From contig CAYQKW010000005.1 of assembly GCA_964418245.1 (NCBI GenBank), positions 1 to 61,358 on the forward strand: DNA of 61,358 nt. The letters are read 5' to 3'. The notes beneath the pieces were generated by a model. It saw only the letters and a list, made by a program, of their open reading frames with translations. It did no database searches and had not been told where the DNA came from. Of the stretch, positions 48,507 to 57,740 are shown one piece after another; the stretch's first letter is position 1, and each line of letters starts with the position of its first letter. Source of the DNA: an uncultured Oscillospiraceae bacterium. GTDB lineage: Bacteria > Bacillota > Clostridia > RUG12999. The position numbers were made by a program, and so were the translations under genes.

Positions 48507-49256
48507 ATGAAAGCACTTATAACCGGAGCAAGCTCCGGAATCGGCAGAGATATGGCGTTTGAATTTGCCGAAAGAGGTTATGACCTTGTGCTTGCGGCAA
48601 GAAGAACCGAACGGCTTTTTGAAATTAAAGATAAAGTAAATACAAACGTCACCGTAATCACGGCGGATTTATCGAACGAAGATGACGTCAGGCGTCTTTT
48701 TCGCGAAGCCGGAGATATAGATGTGCTTGTCAATAATGCCGGATTCGGCGTGTTCGGCGATTTTGAAGAAACCGACCTTGACCGCGAACTTGAAATGCTG
48801 CACGTTAATATACGCGCTCTGCATATGCTTATGAAGTTTTATATAAAAGAATTTGAAAAACGCGGCGGCGGAAAAATTTTAAACGTTGCCTCGTCGGCGG
48901 CATTTTGCCCCGGACCGATGTTTTCTTCTTACTACGCCTCAAAAGCATATGTATATCGTTTAACCCTCGCGGTAGACCGTGAACTTAAATGCAAAAAAAG
49001 CCCGGTAAGCATAAGTGTGCTTTGTCCCGGTCCGGTGAATACGGAATTTGATAAAGTCGCAAAAGTAAGTTTCGGCATCGGAAGCTTAGAGAGCAGATAT
49101 GTTGCCGCATATGCGGTTAAAAAATTTTTAAGAGGGAAAACCGTTATTGTTCCGGGGTTTTTAATAAAGCTTGCAAGATTTTTTTCCGGCATATGTCCAG
49201 AACGGCTTGCGTGTTTTGTTACCTACAGATTGCAGAAACACAAAACCGCCGGTTAG
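48507..49256 (+). CDS. Short-chain dehydrogenase/reductase (SDR)
   Basis: MKALITGASSGIGRDMA and YYASK catalytic motifs. The start is at 48507. Confidence 0.85.
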   Translation: MKALITGASSGIGRDMAFEFAERGYDLVLAARRTERLFEIKDKVNTNVTVITADLSNEDDVRRLFREAGDIDVLVNNAGFGVFGDFEETDLDRELEMLHVNIRALHMLMKFYIKEFEKRGGGKILNVASSAAFCPGPMFSSYYASKAYVYRLTLAVDRELKCKKSPVSISVLCPGPVNTEFDKVAKVSFGIGSLESRYVAAYAVKKFLRGKTVIVPGFLIKLARFFSGICPERLACFVTYRLQKHKTAG

Positions 49257-49326
49257 GCAAATATATTTGTAATAATAATCACTGTTACGGTATAATTTCA
49301 ACGGTTTTTAATCCATGACAGTTCAC

Positions 49327-49363
49327 ATAATCCCCCGACCGAAAAAAAACGGTCGGGGATTAT
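49327..49363. terminator. Bidirectional terminator between the SDR gene and res
   Basis: ataatcccccgaccg / cggtcggggattat with an A8 loop. Confidence 0.75.
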
Positions 49364-49365
49364 CT

Positions 49366-52300
49366 TTATAATGTATTCATTATATTCAGCAGGCTTTGAT
49401 AGCTGTCCACATCGTGATAGCGCACATTTTCAGTGGAAATTTCGTTGAACAGCTTTTTTGCGCATTTGATTTTCGCTTGCTCAATCGGACGCAGATTAAG
49501 ACTTTCCATTGTGCCTTTCGTTTCGGCAACAAAATAAATATGCTTAACCGCTCCCTCATAAAATGCTATTGCCCAATCGGGCGAATAATTGCCTACAGGT
49601 GTGGGAATGTGAAAACCTTTCGGAAGCTTTGCGTAAACGCAGACTTCGTCCGCCGCATCCAAGCTTTCCGCAAACGTTTTTTCAACGCTGTTTTCCGCCG
49701 AACCGTCAGTAAACACATAATCCTGAATATGCTTTTTTGCCGCAAAAGCTTTTGAAATATCTTTGCCGCATTTTTCTGCCGTGAAAATCGCATTTTCGTA
49801 TTTTCCCTCAATCTCGTTATATGTTATATCAGAAACCACGGCGGCGGCCTTTTCCTCTTTAATCAGCCGTATAACCTTATTTATAAACTCCTCCGGATTG
49901 TATTTATACATTTCTTGCTTGTCACGGCGTATACCCTGCAATATTTTCGCAGCCGTTCTTCTTGTCAGCGTTGTTCCCTCCGCAATTTTTCCTATAAGGT
50001 CATATTTAACCGAGCTTACTTCCGTATGTTCTAACGTCATTGTTCTTGATTTTTCGGTTTTGAACGACTCTCCCCTGCCGATTTCGTATTCATTCATCTC
50101 ATCTTTTTGCCGACCGACCGTTGTTGTATATTGCAGCTGTGCAACAAAAAGCTTGTCGTTGATATGCGATATTGCTTTTTCGATAAGCTCGTTTGAATCG
50201 AAATGCGCCGTATACGCATATTTTTTATTGATTTTATTCCAAAGCTCCTTAAATTCTTTTTTGCGGAAATTATCATTCAGCGGATTTTCCGGCGGTTTTG
50301 TATTGTGTCCGTTGTCATACATCTCGGCAAGTACGCTGTCATCGAAAACAGCTTGTATAAGCTTATGCACACCGTCCGAAATATTTTGCAGTTCCTCCGG
50401 CACAGGCTCGCAGGCTCCGATTTTCACCGCTTCCCGATATTCTTTTGTAACACTGTCGCCATTGTCGATATAATCGTTTTTAATTAAATATCTGTAAATT
50501 AATTTTGCTTGTTTTTCGTCAATAACAACAGGCATATCGTTTATATCTTTAACTGTTTTGCCCACAAAATACTCAATCGACGCCTTTGTCGGTCTGTCAT
50601 AAAGAACGGTTTTTATATCGGACTGCAAATCGCTCACAAATGTTTTATAGCTTTCGCTTGCAATTACGGTGAGTAAATTTACACCGTGAACCGATTCGCC
50701 CAAGCTTTCGGCATCCATTCTGTTGCCGGCTTGATTAACGCACAGCCTAAGCCCCCTGCCAACCTCCTGGCGTTTTGCTGTTTGGCTGTCCGAATGCTTT
50801 AATGTGCAAATTTGAAACACATTCGGATTGTCCCATCCCTCACGAAGTGCCGAATGCGAGAAAATAAATCTCGTAGGCTCCTCGAAGCTGAGTAATCGTT
50901 CTTTTTGTTTCAGAATAAGCTCATACGCCGAAATATCGTCCGAAAATTCACTTCCCCGTTTCAGTTTGCTGTCTATGCTCTTTCCAGTTTTCTTGTCTAT
51001 GCTGAAATAACCGTTGTGAACCTTTTTCACATTGGAGCATTTTCCCTTGAGATATTTTTGATACGGTGTGTCGGAAAGCGTTATATATTCATTTAATATG
51101 CTTATATATTCCTGCTCGAATATTTTTGCGTATTCCCCTTGAATCTCCTCTCCGCTTTCGTCATAGTCCTTATACTTTGCAACCTCGTCGATAAAGAAAA
51201 GCGAAAGACTTTTTATTCCCATATTGAAAAGCTCCTCTTCTTTTTCAAAATGAGACGCAATCGTTTCTCTTATCTGAATACGCCGCATATCTTTTTCCGA
51301 AACGTCGCCCACAACATCTCCCGCGGATATAACCTCCCCGTTCACAAACGTAACCGTACCGCTTATGGGGTCTATTTCGGAAATTGTGTATCCGTCCTTA
51401 TACTGCTCCATTTGTTGCGATATGTAATAAAGATTATCACCGACTCCGAGTATTCTTGTTTCACGATTGATTGACTTGTTATATCCGATTTCAAGCTCAA
51501 TCTTTGCCATGGGCGGCTTCTTTGAGGACAGCACGATTCGTTCCAAAAACAAATACTTGTCCGTTCCTCGGAAGTTTTTAACCTCAAATCCTTTTACCTC
51601 GATTTTCTTAACAAGTTTTTTGTTGAATGCCTCAAGCGCATCCAAAACATACACAAGATTATTTTGCTTTTTGTGAGTTGCCGAATAATTCAGGCAAAAC
51701 AACGGATTAAAATTCTTTAATGCCTTTTGCGTAACATCTCCGCCCATTTTCTGCGGTTCGTCAAGAATAATAATAGGTCTGTTTGCCTTGATAACATCAA
51801 TCGGTCGGCGAGAGCCGAACTCATCACGCTTTGAATAGATGATACGGGCTTCCTTGCTTTTGCCGTCCTCTTTCAGCGACGATGCAAACGCCTGCGTATT
51901 GATTATCATAACATTTATTCCGGCACTTGCGGAAAAGTTGTCTATACTATTTAGATTTTTGCTGTCATACACAAAAAATCTTGCTTTCTTTCCGTAATGC
52001 TCCATAAAATGCTCGGCTGTTATTTCAAAAGTCTTTGCTACGCCCTCACGAATAGCAATACTCGGAACTACAACTATAAATTTGCTCCAGCCGTATTTTT
52101 TGTTAAGCTCAAACATCGTTTTGATATATACATATGTTTTTCCCGTACCCGTTTCCATTTCTATATCAAGCGAACATCGGCCAAAATCTTTTACAAGATT
52201 TGTAGAAAGTTTGATGTTGTTTTCGCTTTGCAGTTTGTGTATATTTATCAAAAGCTGTTCATCTGTCAGTTCCACAATTTCATTTTTGAAACCCGTTTCG

Positions 52301-52485
52301 TTCTCAAGGTCAAGTATTTCTCCGTATTCATCCTCAAACGCAAGCCCAATTTGCGCATTGACTTTTTTCTTCCCCAAATCTCTGCGGTATTCGGAATGCG
52401 TGTGATAGCCTTGTCCGGCAAAAACATCACAAACCGCATTTACCGCATCGGTTTGATATTGTTGTATTTTAAAATTAAATTTCAC
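49366..52485 (-). CDS. res: Type III restriction enzyme, Res subunit (SF2 helicase plus C-terminal PD-(D/E)xK)
   Basis: The N-terminus MKFNFKIQQYQTDAVNAV, motif I ETGTGKT, motif II ILDEPQKM, and C-terminal SPDWAI..FVAETKG. Confidence 0.85.
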   Translation of the reverse strand: MKFNFKIQQYQTDAVNAVCDVFAGQGYHTHSEYRRDLGKKKVNAQIGLAFEDEYGEILDLENETGFKNEIVELTDEQLLINIHKLQSENNIKLSTNLVKDFGRCSLDIEMETGTGKTYVYIKTMFELNKKYGWSKFIVVVPSIAIREGVAKTFEITAEHFMEHYGKKARFFVYDSKNLNSIDNFSASAGINVMIINTQAFASSLKEDGKSKEARIIYSKRDEFGSRRPIDVIKANRPIIILDEPQKMGGDVTQKALKNFNPLFCLNYSATHKKQNNLVYVLDALEAFNKKLVKKIEVKGFEVKNFRGTDKYLFLERIVLSSKKPPMAKIELEIGYNKSINRETRILGVGDNLYYISQQMEQYKDGYTISEIDPISGTVTFVNGEVISAGDVVGDVSEKDMRRIQIRETIASHFEKEEELFNMGIKSLSLFFIDEVAKYKDYDESGEEIQGEYAKIFEQEYISILNEYITLSDTPYQKYLKGKCSNVKKVHNGYFSIDKKTGKSIDSKLKRGSEFSDDISAYELILKQKERLLSFEEPTRFIFSHSALREGWDNPNVFQICTLKHSDSQTAKRQEVGRGLRLCVNQAGNRMDAESLGESVHGVNLLTVIASESYKTFVSDLQSDIKTVLYDRPTKASIEYFVGKTVKDINDMPVVIDEKQAKLIYRYLIKNDYIDNGDSVTKEYREAVKIGACEPVPEELQNISDGVHKLIQAVFDDSVLAEMYDNGHNTKPPENPLNDNFRKKEFKELWNKINKKYAYTAHFDSNELIEKAISHINDKLFVAQLQYTTTVGRQKDEMNEYEIGRGESFKTEKSRTMTLEHTEVSSVKYDLIGKIAEGTTLTRRTAAKILQGIRRDKQEMYKYNPEEFINKVIRLIKEEKAAAVVSDITYNEIEGKYENAIFTAEKCGKDISKAFAAKKHIQDYVFTDGSAENSVEKTFAESLDAADEVCVYAKLPKGFHIPTPVGNYSPDWAIAFYEGAVKHIYFVAETKGTMESLNLRPIEQAKIKCAKKLFNEISTENVRYHDVDSYQSLLNIMNTL

Positions 52486-52508
52486 TTTCGGTCGTTCCTC
52501 CCTTCGGT

Positions 52509-52540
52509 AATTAGGAATGTGAAATTAGTAGTTAGGAATT
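52509..52540. repeat. Left arm of the AGGAATTAGG-type inverted repeat flanking the four-helix-bundle gene
   Basis: aattaggaat at 52509..52518 is the exact complement of attcctaatt at 52905..52914. The inner parts share aattag/ggaat words. Confidence 0.75.
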
Positions 52541-52885
52541 TTGTTTTGTAGTCTTTGTGATAGCTGATAACAGCTTTTGTATTTCAACGCAATCATTGCT
52601 TATGGAATTATATTCCGCTTCGGTCAAATAATCGGTTTCAGACAATAACGCTAACCAATATATGCTTTCCGAACATTCCTTAAATGCAATATACATTTTC
52701 GCCAAAAATTCTTTTTTGCTTATAGCACAATTTGCTTCAGAAACATTTGCACCTATGCTCGTTCCGCTACGAAGTAATTGTTTTGACAAAACGAACTCTT
52801 TCTTTTCGTCACACAAATATTTGTAAAGTTTTACAATGCGTATTGCAAACTTTTTACTTTTTTCAAAAACTATACTTTCTTTCAT
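52532..52885 (-). CDS. Four-helix-bundle protein (23S rRNA intervening-sequence protein family)
   Basis: 117 aa. FAIRIVKLYKYL.., QLLRSGTSIGANVSEA.., KEF..K..IA.KE..E..YWL are typical of this family. Confidence 0.8.
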   Translation of the reverse strand: MKESIVFEKSKKFAIRIVKLYKYLCDEKKEFVLSKQLLRSGTSIGANVSEANCAISKKEFLAKMYIAFKECSESIYWLALLSETDYLTEAEYNSISNDCVEIQKLLSAITKTTKQNS

Positions 52886-52914
52886 TTCTAATTTCTAACT
52901 CCTAATTCCTAATT
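52886..52914. repeat. Right arm of the inverted repeat flanking the four-helix-bundle gene
   Basis: ttctaatttctaactcctaattcctaatt fills the gap between the mod stop and the four-helix gene's ATG. Confidence 0.75.
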
Positions 52915-54961
52915 TTATAAAACCTTTCTTACCGTATCCGGACTATATGTAGCAAATATCTGTTCAAAGTTTGTTGCAACACTATCATCTGCAAAACCGT
53001 TATCACGCATTACGAAATAGTACGGTTGTTTCTTTGCGATTTCTGTTATAAGCTCTGCTGTAATATCTTTGTCAAAACAAGCAATTAAAAAGTTATCCGC
53101 AACATCAAAATATGTATAATTCCTAATTCCTAACTCCTCATTCCTAATTTCAATTTTGCTGCTAAGCAAAATTCCAAGGTCAAGCATAACTTGGAAAAGT
53201 AAATCTTCGGCTGTTCTGTCATCTTTTATGTTATCGACCATATCGTCAAGCATGGACATATTTACGTTCTGCGGATTGTAGTATACATCTTTCATGTTGG
53301 ATGTATCGAGTTTGAGAACACGGAATCCCGTGTCTAATGAGGAGTTTTTTAATGAGGAATTAGTAGTGAGGAATGAGGAATTGTCGGTATTTTCATTTCT
53401 AATTCCTAATTTCTCATTCCTAATTTTTTGTCCTGCACGGCGAATACGCTCTTTACCAATTTCACAAATATTTTTATATCCGGCTTTGTATGCTTCCGAT
53501 TTCACATCGCACGGTTCAGGCAACTGCACCATAATGAACTTTCGAGTACCCCCCCCCGATTCCATTTTTATCCATTTCTTCCGCATTCAACTGCATAACA
53601 GCGTGGGCGGTAGTTGCAGAACCGGAGAAGAAGTCGAGGATAATATCATTATCTTCAACTGATGCCATTCTAAGAAATCTACAAATGAGGGCTGTTCCTT
53701 TTGGATAATCGAAAACAGCACTTCCAAAAAGCTCTTTCACAGCTTTAGCACCATCATTCGTTTCTTCTATCCAAGTAGTATATTTCTGAGTTTTTTCCTC
53801 ACCTTCTAACGGAGCAAATATTTTTTCGTATGCAATCCAATCACCATCTGCATTTTTAATAAACTCAACTTTTCCGTCAGCAATGTTCTGCTTCATGGTG
53901 CTGGCGCCGTGGCGCCAGCACCCGTCAAATTTTACCAAATTTGACGGGCGCTGTTTATCCTTTTCGGTATAAAAAGGATAAACAGCTGTTCCGTCCGGAG
54001 CTATTATTGGATAATACAAATTAGGTCTATCTTCTCTTCTACTGTTTGAACCCCATTTCCTCAATAATTGAGTTTTATAATATCGTCCTTTTTCGCTATC
54101 ATATTTCGGATAGACATCATTATTTTTTATTTCTTCTCCAGCTGAAAAATGTTCTTTGTTTTTGGCATAACAGAGAATGTACTCGTGAACGGCAGCATAA
54201 TATTTGCTATCCTGACGACCACCACGTCCTTTCCAGTTTATTATCGCAATAAAATTACTTTCTCCAAATATATCATTGCAAACTTTTTTCAAATTTTCTA
54301 CTTCATTATCATCAATGCTGATAAAGATTACCCCATCATCACTCAGCAAATCCTTTACCAACTTTAATCTGGGATAAATCATATTCAGCCAATCGGTATG
54401 GAAACGACCGTTATTTTCAGTGTTCTTTTCGAGTTTTCCGACTATTTGATTTCCGTCTGCGTCATAATTTCCGCTAACCTCGTCCCATTCCTCATTTCTC
54501 ATTCCAAATTCATCATTATAAACAAAGTCATTACCCGTATTGTACGGAGGGTCTATGTAAATCATTTTGATTTTGCCAAGATATGTTTCTTGCAATAATT
54601 TCAACACTTCCAGATTATCGCCCTCGATATAGAGGTTTTCGGTTGTGTCAAAATCTACGCTTTCCTCACGGCAAGGACGGAGCGTTTTATTTATCGGAGC
54701 ATTCGCCAGCAAAACAGACTTCTTCTTGTCCGGCCAGGTGAACTGATACCGTTCCTCTTTGCCGTCAACAACCTTTGTGTTTATTTCTTGCATAAGTACA
54801 TCTTTATCTATTGCACGAATAACCTCGCCCGTTGTTTCGTCAATTGTTTCCGTCACCGCATTCGGAAACAGCTCCGCCAGCTTTCTGAAATTCTCATCGG
54901 CTTTGTTCGCCGTTTGCATACGCAAATGTAATTCGGAATTATTTGTCGTTTCATTTTTCAT
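52915..54961 (-). CDS. mod: Type III DNA methyltransferase Mod, currently out of frame at a G9 tract (two ORFs: 53516..54961 and 52915..53586)
   Basis: DPPYNTGNDF (motif IV), then LDFFSGSATTAHAV (motif I). The frame breaks at GIGGG. The downstream frame continues TRKFIMVQLPEP..IGKERIRRAG..DTGFRVLKL. Confidence 0.85.
53118..53155. repeat. Solitary arm of the AGGAATTAGG-type element inside mod (translated as IRNEELGIRN)
   Basis: aattcctaattcctaactcctcattcctaatttcaatt. Confidence 0.7.
53351..53425. repeat. Empty hairpin copy of the AGGAATTAGG-type element, in frame inside mod
   Basis: The arms are 53351..53382 and 53395..53425, with the loop gtcggtattttc. It is translated as GIRNEKLGIRNENTDNSSFLTTNSSLKNSSL. 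Confidence 0.75.
53549..53557 (-). repeat. Homopolymer G9 (C9 on the + strand) at the mod frame break
   Basis: Counted directly: ..gagta ccccccccc gattcc... Confidence 0.9.
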
Positions 54962-55012
54962 TGTTTTATTCCTCTTTCAATATTTTTTACTCTTATGACA
55001 CGTATTTTTAAA

Positions 55013-56122
55013 TTAAATTTCATACTCTACATCTCCGTCTCTTTCTTTTTGTTGGAGATAGAATATAGCCTTTTGTGCTTCAATTTCTGCTTTTAACTCT
55101 TCTTCCGTGGGGAGATAGAGCTTATACTTGCTTGCGAATAACTGCTCATTACCGTGCATTACAGAATACTTTGCAATATCTTCATCCGTGTCGGAGCAAA
55201 GCACGATACCTATAGTCGGATTATCCCCCTCACTGCGTTTCAGCTCATCATACATTCTGATATACATATCCATTTGACCTACATCTTGATGAGTGATTTT
55301 CTTTGTTTTAAGGTCAATCAACACAAAACATTTAAGAATGTAATTGTAGAAAACGAGGTCAATAAAATAGTCTTCTTTTTCAGTTTGGATATGTTGCTGT
55401 CTTGCAACGAAAGCATATCCTTTGCCCATTTCCATAAGGAACTTTTGTATGTTGGAAATAATGCTTGTTTCAAGCTCCGTTTCCGTAAAAGCCGTGTTTT
55501 GCCCTAATCCGAGAAATTCTGCAATAACAGGATTTTTAATAAATTCAAGTTTGTCAGCTTGATATTCTGCGGTTAAGTCTTTCATTTCATTTTCTACAAG
55601 TTCTTTCTTCTGAGATTGCAGCAAGCGATAATAATATTGCGATGAAATATTTCTCTGCAACGTTCTTACGCTCCAAGTCTGCTCGGCAGCTTCTTTTGCA
55701 TACCATTCACGGGCTTTATCGTCGTTTACCTGTAACAACGTTCTGTAATGCGACCAAGAAAGCAACGGAGTAGATTTTCCACACAGTGAGTGGAAAATGT
55801 TTGGGAACATTTTATAAAATGAATAAAAGCTGTAAAGATTTGTTTTTGTAAAGCCTTTTCCGTAAGTTTCGGTTAAATGTTTTGACAAATTTTTTATAAT
55901 ATTCAAACCGTAATTTTCTGTACGGTTTGAATTGCCGAGTTCTTCTTCAGCAATTCTGTATCCTATAAGCCAATTGCGTTGTACAAGCATTGTATTAACA
56001 GCACTGTGAACTGTTTTTTGCGTTGTTTCAATCAATTTCTGCATATCTGCATAAATATCTTCGGTTTTTTTATAATTCATCATAAGATTATTATTGCCTG
56101 TTTCAAACATTCTATTTTCCAT
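55013..56122 (-). CDS. YhcG-like PDDEXK nuclease-domain protein (DUF1016)
   Basis: 369 aa. The C-terminus EDYFIDLVFYNYILKCFVLIDLKTKKITHQDVGQMDMYIRMYDE is typical of the family. Confidence 0.75.
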   Translation of the reverse strand: MENRMFETGNNNLMMNYKKTEDIYADMQKLIETTQKTVHSAVNTMLVQRNWLIGYRIAEEELGNSNRTENYGLNIIKNLSKHLTETYGKGFTKTNLYSFYSFYKMFPNIFHSLCGKSTPLLSWSHYRTLLQVNDDKAREWYAKEAAEQTWSVRTLQRNISSQYYYRLLQSQKKELVENEMKDLTAEYQADKLEFIKNPVIAEFLGLGQNTAFTETELETSIISNIQKFLMEMGKGYAFVARQQHIQTEKEDYFIDLVFYNYILKCFVLIDLKTKKITHQDVGQMDMYIRMYDELKRSEGDNPTIGIVLCSDTDEDIAKYSVMHGNEQLFASKYKLYLPTEEELKAEIEAQKAIFYLQQKERDGDVEYEI

Positions 56123-56140
56123 GATTTACTCCTTTCCGGA

Positions 56141-56296
56141 TTATAATGTAATGTAGTTTTTCCTGTCTGCCGCAGTTGTTCGGAATTTCCGAACAACTGT
56201 ATTTTCATCAAGCTCTCCGTCTGCTAAGATATTTTTTATATGTTCGCTAATGTTGAATTTACTTGTTTTATATAATTCGGAATTCCGAATTATTTC
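56141..56296 (-). pseudogene. RhuM-family gene remnant (51 codons)
   Basis: My translation is EIIRNSELYKTSKFNISEHIKNILADGELDENTVVRKFRTTAADRKNYITL*. It matches the conserved RhuM core (..NIS.HIKNI..EGEL.. ..F.TTA.DGKNY) and has no start codon. Confidence 0.55.
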
Positions 56297-56907
56297 TCAC
56301 TCCTCAGTTTCAATTCTTTTATCTTCTGCACCAGCTCAAATTTTTTCTTCGGCTGTTTTTCGGCTCGTGCCTGTTTTTCAAGTCGTGCGATTTCTTTTTG
56401 CAGTTTTTCGGTTTGTTCCATTGATTTTATTTGTGCGGTAAGCGGCATTGCCTTATCTTTTTTTATACCGGAAACCTGCAAAATAAAATTTTCATAAACT
56501 TCATCAAGGCTAATGCCCTCTATTTTCAACCGCAATTCATTTTCGGTCTGCCATTCCGTATGGAAATACTTAATAAAACCGCCGTCTTTGTGACAAAGCC
56601 AAATCTGATATTTATCCGAATATTCGAGTATATATACATTATTATACGGAATAACTTTATCAATCTGTTTTATGGCGGAAATATCAAGTTTATTACCGTT
56701 CAGCATAACTTTGAAGATTTGTATTTCCGAAACGGTTTGTCCGCAGTTTATGTTTATTGTATCCTGAGATAATTTATATGCCCATTTGATTTCCTTTATT
56801 TGTTCGGCAAAGATTTTTTTCATTGCCGCCGTTATTGACATATTCTCATAAAATTTCTGTTTCGGTATTCTTTTGTTAAGTTCTGCCGCTCTCGGAAATT
56901 CAAACAT
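56290..56907 (-). CDS. DUF4391-family protein
   Basis: MFEFPRAAELNKRIPKQKFYENMSITAAMKKIFAEQIKEIKWAYKL..EIQIFKVML..IPYNNVYILEY matches my memory of DUF4391 N-terminal conservation. Confidence 0.7.
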   Translation of the reverse strand: MFEFPRAAELNKRIPKQKFYENMSITAAMKKIFAEQIKEIKWAYKLSQDTININCGQTVSEIQIFKVMLNGNKLDISAIKQIDKVIPYNNVYILEYSDKYQIWLCHKDGGFIKYFHTEWQTENELRLKIEGISLDEVYENFILQVSGIKKDKAMPLTAQIKSMEQTEKLQKEIARLEKQARAEKQPKKKFELVQKIKELKLRSEK

Positions 56908-57241
56908 AAGATAACTCCTTACCGTCGTCGCACCAACTCTTGCTGTCTATATAATAAATCAACTCAACCATACCGTTGTATCTTCTTTTTTCGATTACAT
57001 TTTTAATCGGAGGATATTTCATAAAACAAAACCATATTTCCTCATAATCATATACCGGAGAACATCTCGAACAGGGTTTCTTTTTTGAATATCGTTCATA
57101 TTTTGAACTCGGTTTATAGCATTCATATTCCTCACCGTACCGCATAATAAATTGCCGCTCCTTAAAGGTTTGTTCGCCAATCATGTCCGTTATAAGTTTT
57201 TTCACATGATTACGGCTTATTCCCGACAAACCGTAATTCAT
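56900..57241 (-). CDS. 113-aa protein of unknown function (possible N-terminal HTH, 5 Cys)
   Basis: It overlaps the DUF4391 start by 8 nt. It contains LSGISRNHVKKLITDMIGE and C-x15-C-x2-C. Confidence 0.5.
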   Translation of the reverse strand: MNYGLSGISRNHVKKLITDMIGEQTFKERQFIMRYGEEYECYKPSSKYERYSKKKPCSRCSPVYDYEEIWFCFMKYPPIKNVIEKRRYNGMVELIYYIDSKSWCDDGKELSYV

Positions 57242-57283
57242 AATTTCATTGCATACTTTATTATAAATATAACCGACACTTTC

Positions 57284-57736
57284 TTACGAGTTAATTATTT
57301 CATTAATATTATCAATCATTTCCTGTGCAGAGTGGGACATCAGCTCTTGTCTTAATATATGCGAAAATCTAATCTTCTTTTTTACATTATCCGAAGAATT
57401 GATTTTTCCTTTTTGAAATTCACAAGCTCCGATAATAACAACATCATCAATCACGAACTCTGTAATGCAAGGATATTTAACCGCAGAATAAATTATATTC
57501 CCAACTTTGTATATATCGGCTCTGCTTTTTAACACAACTTCAAAGAATTGTATTTCTTCATATCTTAACGTATCGGTTATTGTTGCCGATGTATTCGATA
57601 TTCCCGGTTTTATATTTCCCGATAAGATAATTTTATCTATATTGCCGTACACCTCATTGTTTTTATCCGTTATAAACTTTTCTTTCGGGATATTTATATT
57701 TAATTTACACATATCCGGAATTTTTATCAGTTTCAT
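57284..57736 (-). CDS. Short divergent DUF4391-like protein (150 aa)
   Basis: It shows the same pattern as the paralogue: INIPKEKF.., IDKIILSGNIKP.., EEIQFFEVVLKS.., YPCITEF. It begins 4 nt after the SNF2 stop. Confidence 0.45.
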   Translation of the reverse strand: MKLIKIPDMCKLNINIPKEKFITDKNNEVYGNIDKIILSGNIKPGISNTSATITDTLRYEEIQFFEVVLKSRADIYKVGNIIYSAVKYPCITEFVIDDVVIIGACEFQKGKINSSDNVKKKIRFSHILRQELMSHSAQEMIDNINEIINS

Positions 57737-57740
57737 AATA

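Noticed and set aside
56178-56200. Near-perfect palindrome gttgttcggaatttccgaacaac, and aattcggaattccgaatt at 56274..56291, as operators or terminators
   Set aside because: Both lie within the RhuM remnant frame. The first encodes VVRKFRTT, and the codons for V-R-K-F-R-T are intrinsically self-complementary. The second encodes part of IIRNSEL. Both are most simply by-products of coding sequence.
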